Assembly: GCF_006345805.1 (NCBI RefSeq)
Contig: NC_043005.1
Coordinates: 82,584,001-82,648,000 of the forward strand
Length of the DNA stretch: 64,000 nucleotides
Origin: Octopus sinensis
Taxonomy: Eukaryota
Direction: 5' to 3'
Below, piece after piece: positions 49,448-62,470 of the stretch. The notes under the pieces were generated by a model that searched no databases, was not told the DNA's origin, and worked only from the letters and a program-made list of their open reading frames with translations. Both the position numbers and the translations under genes were made by a program. The first letter of the stretch is position 1. Every line of letters starts with the position of its first letter.

Positions 49448-50619
49448 TAGCTTTTATACGTATACATACATGAAAACGTACATACACAGATATATGCATA
49501 GAAGAAAGAGAGGGGGGGACATTACTGTTGTGGACATATTTAGCCCTTAGGGATACCCACAGGTCTTTAGGCCCAAAAATGGTAAGCAGTAGCAGTGGTT
49601 GTGGTGGTGATGGTGGTGGTGGAATTGGTCTCCTCAGTTAGCTCACTAGTAGTCGTGTGGCTGAAGATAGTAATGAAGGAAGCGCCATCCCGTGGCCTAC
49701 TCATACCGTTGTTTTTTATATTTGTTTTTTTCTGACATAGCGTATTCAATATATCTTTCGTTCCTGCATTTAGTAGGATAGTATATAAAAGATATTTGAT
49801 TGTTATATCTAGCAATTCATTTGGGTGAGAAAATATTACTTTGGTGAATAACAATTAATTACTGCTTTGTTCTTGATTAACCCCAGGTTAGCAAAGAGGG
49901 AGTAGGTCTATGGTCAAATGTGTAGCTTTATTTTATATATTTATTTATATATCTACTTTTGTATATCTGATACTACTTAGTCAAGTGCATGTTTCGGAAT
50001 TTGAGATGGTAGTGTATGATTTGACAGAAATGTGTCTGTTATTTCTAGCGGGGCGAGCGAAAGGTTTGAAACTCTCTAGTTGCTTCACGGTAACTAGGAA
50101 AAGCAATTGCAATTTATTACAGGAGAATCTAATAAAATTAGAGAATGTCTAATTTCAGTAAATTAGAGAGAATACTGCCGTGAAATTATTAAAAGGGAAT
50201 ACGTTCTGTAAGAGAGGGAGAAAATGTCTTCATACAAATAACTTTAAGAAGAGAGCGGTGCGATGGTAAATAGTGATTTACGAGGCAAAAACTGGAAAAT
50301 GTAACGCTGCAAAATACCTCAGGGATACCCTACTGCATTAAGAACATTTAGCTAAATGCGAGTTAACACAATCAATGCATTGTATTGAAAAGAATGTTTA
50401 ATCAATTGGAATTATACTTCTAGTGCTAAAAGTCATTAACGTCGAGGAAAGTTCATCTCAGAAGAGGAAACAAGAAACAAGTCTGATTTTCAAATTTACT
50501 GAAAATGGAATGAAGATATCTAGCGTTGATTAAATGTGATCTAATCTTTGTTAGCTTTGGTCATAAGGAGAGGCGTGTTTCTCACATATTAGTCCTCCTC
50601 ACTGAAGCTTATCCTAAGC

Positions 50620-50990
50620 ATCTGTATGGGAGAATAGTAGCTTCTACTAGTGTGTATAGTACGGTAGAAGCGTCTGGCACTACGTATGTCAGAGTAGTAG
50701 TGTGTAGTAATATGAATAGGAGAGCGGCAGCATATGATGCTGTTTAGAAGGGAAGACAAACATGTAGCACAGTGTATAGTATATTAGGGACAAACACTGT
50801 GTGTAGGAGATTAGAAGTGACAGTACTGTGCATAGGACTGTGAAAGATCCTAGAACTGCGTATGGGTGTGTAGAAGAGTCAGCGCTGTGTATAAGAATGT
50901 AGAAGCGTCCTTACTGTGAATAGGACTGTAGAACCAGTACTGTGTATATGGGAATAGAAGTGTCTAGCATAGTGTATAGGCGAATAGATA
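50620..50990 (+). repeat. Cryptic degenerate minisatellite, about 29-30-bp unit, roughly 12 copies
   Basis: Recurring ctgtgtataggactgtagaagcgtctagca-like units, e.g. ctgtgcataggactgtgaaag, ctgtgtataagaatgtagaagcg, ctgtgaataggactgtagaacc. Confidence 0.7.
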
Positions 50991-52514
50991 CCATTATTGC
51001 TATGGTTAAAAGTAGCAAAGCGTGCAATTCTGAGTATAGGAAAATGCGTCATTGACAGTTTAGGAGATATGGAGTTCTCTGCTTAAATATAATGTATTTG
51101 CTGTCCTTCAGACTCAGGTCAGGTGTAACTAAGGAGATGTATGATACTAGGCGTATAACGTATGACACGCCTTTCCGTTGAACTCCATACACAGAATTAC
51201 AATATGCAAAGACTCCTTACTTTTTAAGAGAGTGTTGGTGGTACTTTTAACAGATTTCATGATCCCGTGAATAGTGCCATGCTGGGTACTAGATGAAGAA
51301 GTTGTGATCGAGGTTCATTACTTAGCGTTTTAGTCTTAAATAGTAAAGAAAGCATAGGTGTTACAAGAAATATATCGTGCACAAAGAGATGTGTTGCTTA
51401 TGGTCTGCGGTTATGTCAGAACACGGCAAAATCTTGAGGCATATTGGAAACTTTTATATGAGCAAATATTTAAGGGTAGTTGTAATCAAATATTTTATTG
51501 GAAAATCCTCCCGATTTCGAATTGCTTTGACGATACACCAGTATATTAGATCCACATTACATATTATATTATATTCATACATACCCATACACAAACAAAT
51601 ACAAAGATAGATTTACGCATGTGCATTTGTGTGCATATATATGTATGTATGTATATGTACACTCACACAACACACATACTTATTATCATCAGTGGTTTTA
51701 CTAGGGTTTTGTCCCTTTAATTGATTACTAACATTTTGATTTAAGATTTCCGTTTCCATTTAAGATTTCCGTTTATATGGCTTCAAATTAATCTTGATAG
51801 TTTTATGACTATACCCACTATGGTTTCTGGCGACTCCCTCGGCCCCTTTCCTAACAGACACTGCTCCTTGTTCCTTCGCCTTATATTCTAATATGCAAAT
51901 AAACAAGACTATAAATTACTCTACTCCTTAAATCTTATATATTTATATGTATGCATGTGAGTGGGTGTGTTTGTGTATCTATATTGCTACACGTGGGAAC
52001 GGTAATATTTGCCAAGTAAGCACACGCACTGAATATTTACATTTAACTTCAGTTTTATAATATTAATTTAGATCTTTTAATATTTTACTTATTTTAGTTT
52101 ACCTATAGATTTATTAGTACGGAGATGCGTGCTTGATATTGTATTTAATATTTTATTCATATATATATATATATATATATATACCTGCAAATTTGCATTT
52201 ATGCGTAGCTAAATACCCTTAAATACACACACAGACAAACTTACATACATGTATTATATGCGCTTCTCCAGAGCAAAAATTAAATAGAATTGAAACCGAA
52301 ATTAAACATAGAATGATAAATAATAAAGAAATATGAAAATGAATCTGTGAATATGCCATAAAATGGATGTCGTGTAGATAGAGCGCAGACTGGCCCGGGA
52401 GCCTGTGGAATAGGTAGTCAGGTGGATAGACACTCACATGAACGAGATGGAAATATGAAGTTTAAATCAAATGAGACAGCGTGCTACGGTTTTTAAGTAC
52501 AACTATAAACACAC

Positions 52515-52554
52515 ACACACACAAATATATAGATGTATGTGTGTATGTGTATAT

Positions 52555-52599
<45 letters not shown>

Positions 52600-52620
52600 T
52601 ATATATATATTATATATATA

Positions 52621-52655
<35 letters not shown>

Positions 52656-52676
52656 CGTATATACATATATATACAC

Positions 52677-52729
<53 letters not shown>

Positions 52730-52757
52730 CACATACATACATACATACATACATACA

Positions 52758-52792
<35 letters not shown>

Positions 52793-52795
52793 GTT
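52515..52795. repeat. (TA)n/(CATA)n microsatellite
   Basis: Directly visible. Confidence 0.95.
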
Positions 52796-53248
52796 TGTGT
52801 TTATACATAAGGATGGATTTCTTTTTGTGAGTGCAAGTTGAATAAAGATACCTACCAGGCGTGTGGGAATAAACAGATGCAGATAACCAAAACTAATAAA
52901 ATGACACACACCCCAGGAAATACGTTAGATTACAAAGTAATGTAAATTCAAATGTATCCAATAGGATTACTGGATATATCAGTTTGTTTAAAACTTTTTA
53001 AGTGGTGGTGAGGAAGGGTAAGATTTTCATTCCTTCTTTTGATTATTTATTGAAGTAATGCTATATTGTAACAGCGTTAATTTGCGTATATAGTTTATAT
53101 AATGAATTTTATAAATCAAGAATGATAGACAGTTGTTAATAAAAGAATCTTAACATAGACAATTTTGTGTAAAAAAATTATCCTGTTTGTAAATTATCAT
53201 TTTTTATCATTATCATCGCTATTATTATTATTATTATTATTATTATTA

Positions 53249-53279
<31 letters not shown>

Positions 53280-53280
53280 C

Positions 53281-53322
<42 letters not shown>

Positions 53323-53829
53323 GAGTGAAAGAGCAGTGCATGCCGACCACCCGTCTGATAAGGGTACACCAGGCACATGCATCACAACCATATGTGCGCG
53401 ACATGGTGATCTCATATCAAGATAAACAGCACATGACCTTGCAGGTGGGACCCAGTTAGAATTTTCTTCAGGTTGAGTAGCCCATCCCGCTCAAAAGGTC
53501 CCTGAATAAGGGTTGCTTAAGAATGTTGAACGAAACACCCATGTTTCCAGAGATGAATTATTCAAACCCCAAAGAATCCTTCTCAACACATGGCTATGAT
53601 GGTCCCCCAATATTTCTGCTTGTAATCAGGGATGCACATAACGTCAGCCACTAAGGGACATGCTCAATTGGTTAAAGTCAAACAACTGACAAGCAAAACT
53701 GTGGTATTGAGCAGAATATTTGCTGTAGCCCATCTTTTAAACCAAGACAAAGCAATATACACGATAACAATTCCAATCAGTTAAGATGAGAAGCCATGAG
53801 AGCCACTGCCTGGTACTACATCAGGGCAT
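53323..53829 (-). mobile_element. (TAA)n-embedded non-coding retroposon, copy 1 (about 50-bp internal deletion)
   Basis: Aligns end to end with 53910-54465; (TTA)n on both sides. Confidence 0.88.
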
Positions 53830-53877
53830 TTATTATTATTATTGTTATTATTGTTATTATTATTATTATTGTTGTTG

Positions 53878-53909
<32 letters not shown>

Positions 53910-54465
53910 GAGTGAGAGAGCAGTGCATGCCATCAAAGTGACACTGGGGTAAAATATACGAAGCCCAATATACCCATCATGACTACCCGTCTGATAAGGG
54001 TACACCAGGCACATGCATCACAACCATATGTGCGCGACATGGTGATCTAATATCAAGATAAACAGCACATGACCTTGCAGGTGAGGCCCAGTTAGAATTT
54101 TCTTCAGGTTGAGTAGCCCATCCCGCTCAAAAGGTCCCTGAATAAGGGTTGTTTAAGGATGTTGAAATAACCACCCATGTTTCCAGAGGTGAATTATTCA
54201 AACCCCAAAGAATCCCTCTCAAGACATGGCTATGATGCTCCCCCACTACTTCTGCTCGTGATCAAAGATGCACATATCGTCAGCCACTAAGGGACATGCT
54301 CAACTGGTTAAGGTCAAACAACTGACAAGCAAATCTGTGGTATTGAGCAGAATATTTGCTGTAGCCCATCTTTTATACCAAGACAAAACAATGTACATGA
54401 TAACACTTCCAATCAGGTAAGATCAGAAGCCATGAGAGCCACTGCCTAGTACTACATCAGGGCAT
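53910..54465 (-). mobile_element. (TAA)n-embedded non-coding retroposon, copy 2 (556 bp)
   Basis: Minus strand starts atgccctgatgtagtac and ends cactgctctctcactc(aat)n; no ORF. Confidence 0.88.
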
Positions 54466-54490
54466 TTATTATTATTATTGTTATTATTAC

Positions 54491-54534
<44 letters not shown>

Positions 54535-54555
54535 TATTATTATTATTATTATTGT

Positions 54556-56681
54556 TACTAATATTTTTATTCATTTCTATTTTTACAACGTGCTTTTACT
54601 GCACTACTGAGCACAGCTCTGTGTGCCTTGGGTATGCGCTGTAGTTTGTTGTGATGTTCTTATATTTACTGTATTGAGAGTGTTCTGCGTAGGATGTGTG
54701 CAGTGCCTAGTAGTGCTATTTTCTGTATGTTATATATATTTGCTAGTCCTGATGTTTTTGTTATGCATGTATCTGATATTTTTTACCTTACCTAATGCAC
54801 CCACTATGATAAGAATTGTTTCTGTTTCCAAACCCCACATTCGAGTTACCTCTATTTTCAGGTCTTTGTATTTTGAAAGTTTCTCTATTTCTTTTAGAAA
54901 GACGTTGTCATCTGTTGGTATTGATACATCAATTAGAAAGAATTTTTCTTCTTCATGATCTCTGACAACTGTATATGGCCTATTAGCTTTAATTTCTTTG
55001 TCTGTGTGTATTGGCATATCCCATAGTATTGTTGCTTTCTAATTTTTCTCTGACCTTCTCACGCGTGTGCCTATACCATCTTTTTTCTGTTGTTATTCCA
55101 TAATGTTGGCATAGCTTCCAGTGTATGTAGTCCCAACTCTATCGTGTCTGTGAATATACTCCTTAGCCAGGACTGATCAGCCAAAGACAATATCATTTAT
55201 TGTTTCTCGTACCTCTCCACGTATTCTGCAGTTACTTGTTATGTTTCTTTTCATTATAGGTTTTTTGTAATTTCTGGTTGGGTGGCTTTGGACTTGTGCT
55301 GCAATTAAAATTCCGTCAGTTTCTGCTTTGGGTCCAGAGCTTCTCAGCCATTTTGGGGATTTTGCTTTGTCTATTTGTTTTGTGTTTAGCTTAACCCAAT
55401 ATTTGCCGTGTAGGGGCTTTTCTTGCCATCATTTTATCAGGATACGTTGCTCTCCCAGTTTTAGTTTGCATTATAGTTGTTTTACAGCTTTTTGTTGCTT
55501 CTTTTTCTTCATAGTTGTTAGGTAGCATGACTTGGTTTTTTTGTATTTGTCAGCCTCCTTAAAGACAGAAAACAGCTTTTATTTTGTTCGTGTAGTATGG
55601 CTATCTGTATTAATTTTCTTTGCTTCTGGCATAGGTATTTATGTAGTCTATGGTGGTTATTTTGTAATAGTTTTCTAGCTGTGTAAGGCCTCTACCACCT
55701 TCGATATATGTTGTATATATAATCTTTCTATGTCAGATTTTGGGTGGTGCAACCTAAATCCTATCATTAGTTTTCTTATTTTCCTGTCTATTGTGATTAG
55801 TTCATTTAGAGTTTAATTAAGAATATTGTAGCTGTAACTTATAAGTGAGACGGCTAGAGTGTTGATACCTATTATCTTGTTCTTCGCATTGAGCTCTGTT
55901 TTCAGTATGAATCTAACTCATCTATAGCATTATTTTTTATTTTCTCTTTTATTTGTGTGTGTTGTACCGTATCTAATTCACTGATTCATAAACATTTGTA
56001 TGTCTGGCTTTGGTCTAATTCTCTTATTTCATTTGCTTTATCTAGTGTGATGTTGCTAGTCTTAACTAGTTTTCCTTTTTTCAAGGTTGCTTTGGAACAT
56101 TTTTCTGGGCTAAAGTTCATATTTGTTTCTTTGGTAAATCCATGTACTGACGGTACTAATGTTTCCAGCCGTTTATCGTTTGTAGCGTACAATTTTAGGG
56201 CATCCATATATAAGAGATGTGGCCAATTTTTTTTCCGTAGTATTTGTATCCACATCTAGTTCTGTTTAGCATGTCAGATAAAGGTGTCAGTGCCAAGCAG
56301 AAACTAGTCCTTCTTTTGTTTGCAGCTGTAGCATTATCTGCCATTTATTTATGGAATGTGTTATATATTTTATGATTACTGGTGCTACCTTGTTCATGGC
56401 TTGTGTTTTTAGGATCCATGAATGGGGAATACAATCAATAGCCTTTCGGTAATCGATCCAGGCCATCCTTAGGCCATTGAACTTTCTGCAGCTGTCTTCA
56501 GTTATGGCTTTATTGATCATTAGTTGATTTTTACAGCCGTATGAACCCTTGCAGCATCCCTTCTGCTCTTCTGGATACAGATGCTTGTCCATTCTCTGCG
56601 ATATTATTGCAGTAAAGCTTTGTAAATTGTAGGGAGACAAGTTATTGGTCTGTAATTTTGTGCGGTTGCCGTTTTAGGGAT
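54556..56681 (-). mobile_element. R4/Dong-type non-LTR retrotransposon (RT, CCHC remnant, restriction-like endonuclease), 5'-truncated, ending in (TAA)n
   Basis: NYRPITCLPT, EQKGC..GSYGCKNQL, WIDYRKA.D.IPHSWI, HLLYMDALKLYA, CRI.GEVRETI, NRPYTVV..LIDVSIP.D.N...KE.EKL.KY, MWG..IIVGALG. Confidence 0.9.
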
Positions 56682-58489
56682 TTGTGTGCGCGCACGAGCG
56701 TGTGTCTTTGTCCCTTGCCTCTGCTCTGACACGTGGCGTTGGTTTCTTTACTTTCCTGTAATCTGCCTTTCTGCAGAAAAGACTGATAGAATAAGTACAA
56801 GACTTAAAAAGTTAATTACCGAGGTCGATTATTTGTACTAAATCCTTCAATCCTGTGTTCCAGCATGAATGCTGTGCAATGACTGAAACATCACAGAAGA
56901 TTAAAAAAAAAAGAATATCTATTGAGTGTATACTCTCTCTTTCATTTATGTACAATATAAATTTTGTTTCATTTGGCCTTTACTGCTCAACGTAAATGTT
57001 ATCAGACAGGACTCTATCGACTAACTTAAGGGATTTTCTATTTGTTGGTTTATCAGAGTATAGACTAATTGAGTTAGATTATTTATAACTTCAAATTTTT
57101 TACGTGTCCTTTGAGATTGAAGTTGGTATCTGATGTACTTTTTTAATGCCCGTTTATTTAGATTTATACTGATGTATTTTTTATATAAATTTTCTTTTAT
57201 TGTTTTAATTTGCTTTCATTTATAAATTATTCCGTTAGATTTACAACAACGTTGTGTTACGTTGTCAATAAGATTGTCTTGTTTTATAATAGCTGATAGC
57301 TGTATAAAAAGAAACTTGTTTAAATGTCATGAAGTATCATATTTGATTTGGCAGGCAATTCTGTTTATTTTGCTAATGTATAAATTGTTTTAAACCTATC
57401 AATATACAATATGTTATATACGTCTATATACTTCAAATTGTCTATATCTGACAAGAAAATACAATTATGTATGGAACCTAACGTCTGTAGAACTGTAGGA
57501 ATTATAGATCAGTAGATGATGTATGTAACAGTTCCAGCTCTATCTATGTGCTCCATTCCTTCTTATGGTGCCGTTGAAAATATAAGCAGTAATGTAAGAT
57601 GATTCATTGATATCGTTGAAAGTTTTTCTTTATAAAAAATATTTGATCGTATGTAAAAATAAATCTATAATTGGCAAGAACAAGATTTGTTTGTTGGAGG
57701 GAAATCAACTTGCCACATGATTCTTGTGTGCTCTTTCCAATGTTCGACAATGGTTCACAATAAGGCTATTAAGTCCAAAGCAGAATATTTCATAGTTAAA
57801 GAAATTTATGGCACTGTATTGCAACCAAATGCGGATCTATAAGAATTCTATGATTGTGGAGATATCATAGGCAAAACTTAGGTTTGCTTGCCCAGAAAAT
57901 TTCAATCGTCTTCCATATAGTTCTTTGAATTTGTCTTTTCTTCTCTGGGGTCGATAAAATAACTATCAATTAAGTACTGGATCATATTTAATTGGACTTT
58001 AGCCGATTAAATGTGTGTCAATGTGTGTCTGTATTAGCAATTAATTTAATCTTTAACAAGTCACACTGCACGCATCTCCATTTCCATACCGCTAAAGAAG
58101 GATAGCATTGGAGTATACTTCTCGAATTGGCACTAACCTATGATAGGTAAATTCCTCTGGAGGGTCAAAGATGTACAATACAACAATTCTAAAATGTTAA
58201 CCTGTCTTTATTTGCATACATAATTTATGGCCTGAAATGAGGCACTCAGAAATCTGGATGGTTTTTGCAGCTGGTCAGTCTTTCAATAATAAATGATTCT
58301 TGGCTTTTAGAAATGGCAAACGCAGCCGTTCACTTCTGAAAAGATTTTCTGGATTTCTTTTCATCATTGTCTTGTGAGAGTGTGTGCGTGCATGTGTGTG
58401 TGGGAATGGCCAGATGGATTTGCCATTTCTAAAAGCCAAGCATCATTTACTATTGAAAGACATACCAGCTGCGAATATTGTCAACACAT

Positions 58490-58840
58490 GCTTTCTTCTG
58501 TCTCTCCTCCTTCTTCCTTTCCTTCTATTTCCACTAACACACCTTTCAGATACAAAAGCGCGCGCGCACTATCTCTCACTTTCTTCCCATTACTCACCCT
58601 CTTGTACTATCTTTTATCTCTCTTGTACTATCTTACAACCCTAACCCTACACATTCTATAATACTATAAAAAGAGACAAAATTCCTGATGACTCCACTAG
58701 AGTGGACGCAAGCGCTAATAAATGATTTATAAAAGCGCGTGACATATTAATAAATATCTGTAAATATAAACCATCCAGATTTATGAGTACCTCATTTCTT
58801 CTAGTACATAATACTTGTAGATCAACTCCAAACCTTCTAA
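58490..58840 (+). mobile_element. PLE-like terminal cassette with degenerate hammerhead at 58685-58717
   Basis: CTGATGA ctccac taga gtggac GCA AGCGCT A; A13 and helix I damaged; runs into (TA)n. Confidence 0.55.
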
Positions 58841-58867
58841 AATATATATATATATATATATATATAT

Positions 58868-59545
58868 CACATTGAACACCTTGATCACCTTGACCGACCA
58901 GTCCGTCAGGCGTCCATTTGACACCGCTGGTCACAGCATGCTGTCCACTCGTCTCTGGATCGCGCCTTTCTCATCCACGTGATCCCTATCGTCCTCCTGA
59001 AATCGTAACTCCACCGTGGTGGAGGCCTTCCGGGTGGTTGTTTCAGCTCGCGCGGGTATCGGTGAGCCGGGCGACGTGTCCAGCTCATCTAAACTTGCTG
59101 CGTGTATACTCTGCGATGACATCCCTCGCGCCGGACTTCTTCCTGATGATCTCGCTACTGATGTGCTCTCTCAACGAGATACCAAGCATTGACCTTTCCA
59201 TGGCTCTTCGAGCCGTTACCAGTCTCTGCTCTTCTCTCTTTGTGGTAGCCTATGTTTCACTACCATATAACATTGCAGGTAGAACTGTGCTGTTGATGAG
59301 GTTGGCGCGAGTGGTCCTGTCCAACCTTCCCTTGAGCACATCCCTTATGTCATTAAACGCCTTTCATCCGGCCCTTACTCTGCGTGAGATCTCCTTTTCG
59401 ATATCTCTGCAGTCGGTCTCAAGATGAACCGCATGAAAACGAAGTTCATGCGGTCAGACAACGTACCAACAGGTCGAATGGTGATCGGCAGTGATGAAAT
59501 AGAGGAGATAAAGGAGTATGTCTACCTGGGACAGGCAGTGAATAT
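58868..59545 (-). mobile_element. RTE-clade LINE 3' fragment with inverted 5' segment (about 59408-59545 on plus)
   Basis: Minus: DIEKEISRRVRAG*KAF...LYGSET...AGHVARLTD...PGRPPPRW. Plus: AVGLKMNRMKTKFM...EYVYLGQAVN. The 3' tail has caaggtgat tandem units. Confidence 0.9.
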
Positions 59546-59552
59546 ATATATA

Positions 59553-59597
<45 letters not shown>

Positions 59598-59620
59598 TAT
59601 ATATATATTATATATATATA

Positions 59621-59696
<76 letters not shown>

Positions 59697-59825
59697 CTTA
59701 TAAGGAAAATATGACAAGGGAGAAATGTTAAAATAATTTTATCATGAAGAACATTTTTGTACCAGTGTCAGCCTTTGCGACATTTTCAAAAACAACTTTT
59801 AAAATCATATATATATATATATATG

Positions 59826-59985
59826 GGGAGAATTCACAAAAAAAAACGAAAGACGAAGACATATGGTGTGGACAACTAAGGGATGTACTAGTATAACGCT
59901 CGGGAATTGAAAAAGTTTTTCACGTTTCGAGCCTACGCTCTTCCAAAGAAAGAAACACAGAAAGAAACAAAGAGAGAATATATAT
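59826..59985 (-). mobile_element. Solo PLE pseudo-LTR with degenerate hammerhead (about 59915-59953)
   Basis: Minus strand ctttggaagagcgtaggctcgaaacgtgaaaaac...ttcccgagcgttatactagt; same family as 47907; (TA)n on both sides. Confidence 0.8.
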
Positions 59986-60056
<71 letters not shown>

Positions 60057-61524
60057 TATCTATATGTATGTGTGTGTATGTGTGTGTGTGTGCACGCGCG
60101 CGGGTGTCGGTTTCTCCCCACCAGCATTTGATAAGCGGTGTTGGTGTGTTTACGCCACCGTAACCTAACGGCTTAGCCTAATAGACAGAATAAATACCAG
60201 GCTTCAATAAATAAGTTCTAGAGTAGATTCATTCTGCTAAAAACTCTTCATGGTGGTGCCAGAGCATGACTGCAGTCTAATGACTTCAACAAGTAAATGA
60301 TATACAAATAACTGATTTCTTATGGTACTAGTGCAAACATGTTTATTGGTACAACTACCTTTAGAGAAGCATCGATGACAATTCCAAACCAGCAAAAACT
60401 GGCAGACGGGGCGGCCATCACTCAGGAAAATATATGAAGCATTGCAGTCATATCAAAAATGAAACCAACAAACCGCATTAAACGCCTGATCCTGATTTGC
60501 AACGCACGACGGGAAGCGAAAGGATGGACGGCATAAAAATAACTGAAAGCCGGATTCTGAGGCAGAGCTGAAAAAGCAGGGATCCAATTGGGGAGATTTT
60601 AGAGCCGTGAACAGTGTAGAGAAGTCCTCAAAGTCTTATGCTTCATAGGAAGCGAAGTGAGTATAAAGTATTTCAACAAGGGAAAATGTGTTTTATCAAA
60701 TGGAGAAATAATTTTCAAGCGAACTGCAGATGAAAATATAATAGTTCTGTAAAAGAGAATACACTATATTAATGCCCCGACAGGTCTCTTTTGCAAATCG
60801 ATTATTCTGATTCCGTAGCTTAAAGCTTATGATCTTAAAATTTAATTCACTTTTAGGGCTTCACACAGTGACATGTTTAAAATTGCCACAGGAGCAGAAT
60901 ATCTGCAGGTGAAGAAAATCGATGAAATTTGTCCTCAGAACTGGGTTGATTTGAAATCATAAAGCTGAGAGATATAATCGAAAAAAAATATTTGTGAATT
61001 GTGAGTTGATTTAGCTATACTTTATTGCAGATCAAGTCACCATGTTGAATTCCACTCGTTGACCAATGCATGTTTAACGATTCACAATTGTGGTAAACCT
61101 TTATTGGTAATGTGACCGTGTGTCTTGTTTCTGTATCTTATATATTACGAAACCGAAATTAAGCTTACTCCAGATTTATATAATACTATAATGCAATTTA
61201 TGAGGAATAAAATGTATTAAATTTAATATTAACTCTCTTTTACCTATATAAATTGTTCATATTTTTAGACACAGTAACGTAAATTTCTAAGTGAATTTTA
61301 GATCATTGTACCATTCAATTGAATATGCTTCGAGCAAAATATCTTGCACTGCTCAAATGTATATTGAAAACTGCTTAATTGAAAAGTCTTCAGTTCTCTC
61401 CCTTACCCGTTTCAGAGTAATTTTCATTATCCTAAAAGGCTTTCCTTTTCACTGCATTTACAATTTCAATTGATTAAGAGTTAATTCCAGTTCCCTATAT
61501 TACGATATCCAGCCCCAAATGTAC

Positions 61525-61625
61525 ATTTGCATGCATGTATACATACATATATACATACATACATACATACATACATACATACATACATACATACATACAT
61601 ACATACATACATACATACATACATG
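61525..61625. repeat. (CATA)n microsatellite
   Basis: Directly visible. Confidence 0.95.
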
Positions 61626-62240
61626 CACACATTCAATTTTAAACGTCGCTCCAAGAAGTATAATCTTTCTATCATTCCGCACAACTCCATAAATAACTTT
61701 TTCCTATTTCTTCTTTCCGAATCCATTCAAATCCTAAACTTGGGAAATAGATGTCCTTCCTATTAATCACGTCTTGTAATCCGTCGTTGAAAGATTCAAT
61801 TTCCGACTATTTTCAATCCATATTCAACTCGTTACTTATTTAAAACATTATTTCTTATTCGCTTTCCCACACTAATAATATCTACATTTTCATAATATGG
61901 ATGAATTTGCTGTATAATAAATCTTTTCTTGCAGTATCAAGGCATAGACTTCTTGATGGTGCGGTGAAGTCGCTGCTAACTGTGAACAATACATATGCTC
62001 ATCCAGGCGGATTCACACATGTAGGTAGTGAGGGTAAATTAAGGTTCATCGTCTTACCACACAATTTAACCCCACAATCCAACTAGGATACAATTGTAAC
62101 CGGCATGACATTATATCAATGATATCTGTGTGAATTCTTATTATTAGAGAAGAAGATATTTAAGTATATACAACTGACCCTAACATCAAGAGCTACAATA
62201 TTCAATTCTGTAACTTAATGAATGATATTGAATGGTATAC

Positions 62241-62470
62241 AAGGCGGCGAGCTGGCAGAATCGTTAGCACGCCGGGCGAAATGCTTAGCAGTATTTCGTC
62301 TGCCGTTACGTTCTGAGTTCAAATTCCATCGAGGTCGACTTTGCCTTTCATCCTTTCGGGGTCGATTAAATAAGTACCAGTTACGCACTGGGGTCGATAT
62401 AATCGACTTAATCCGTTTGTCTGTCCTCTCTGTGTTTAGCCCCTTTTGAGTGGTAAATAAATAGAAATAG
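62241..62470 (+). mobile_element. Full-length SINE family C
   Basis: aaggcggcgagctggcagaatcgttagc...gagttcaaattcc; candidate TSD aatgatattgaa at 62221-62232 and 62471-62482. Confidence 0.9.

Noticed and set aside
54400-54465. Possible HDV-like ribozyme at the 5' end of the 556-bp element
   Set aside because: I could not build the P1/P2/P3 nested pseudoknot by eye; needs a motif search
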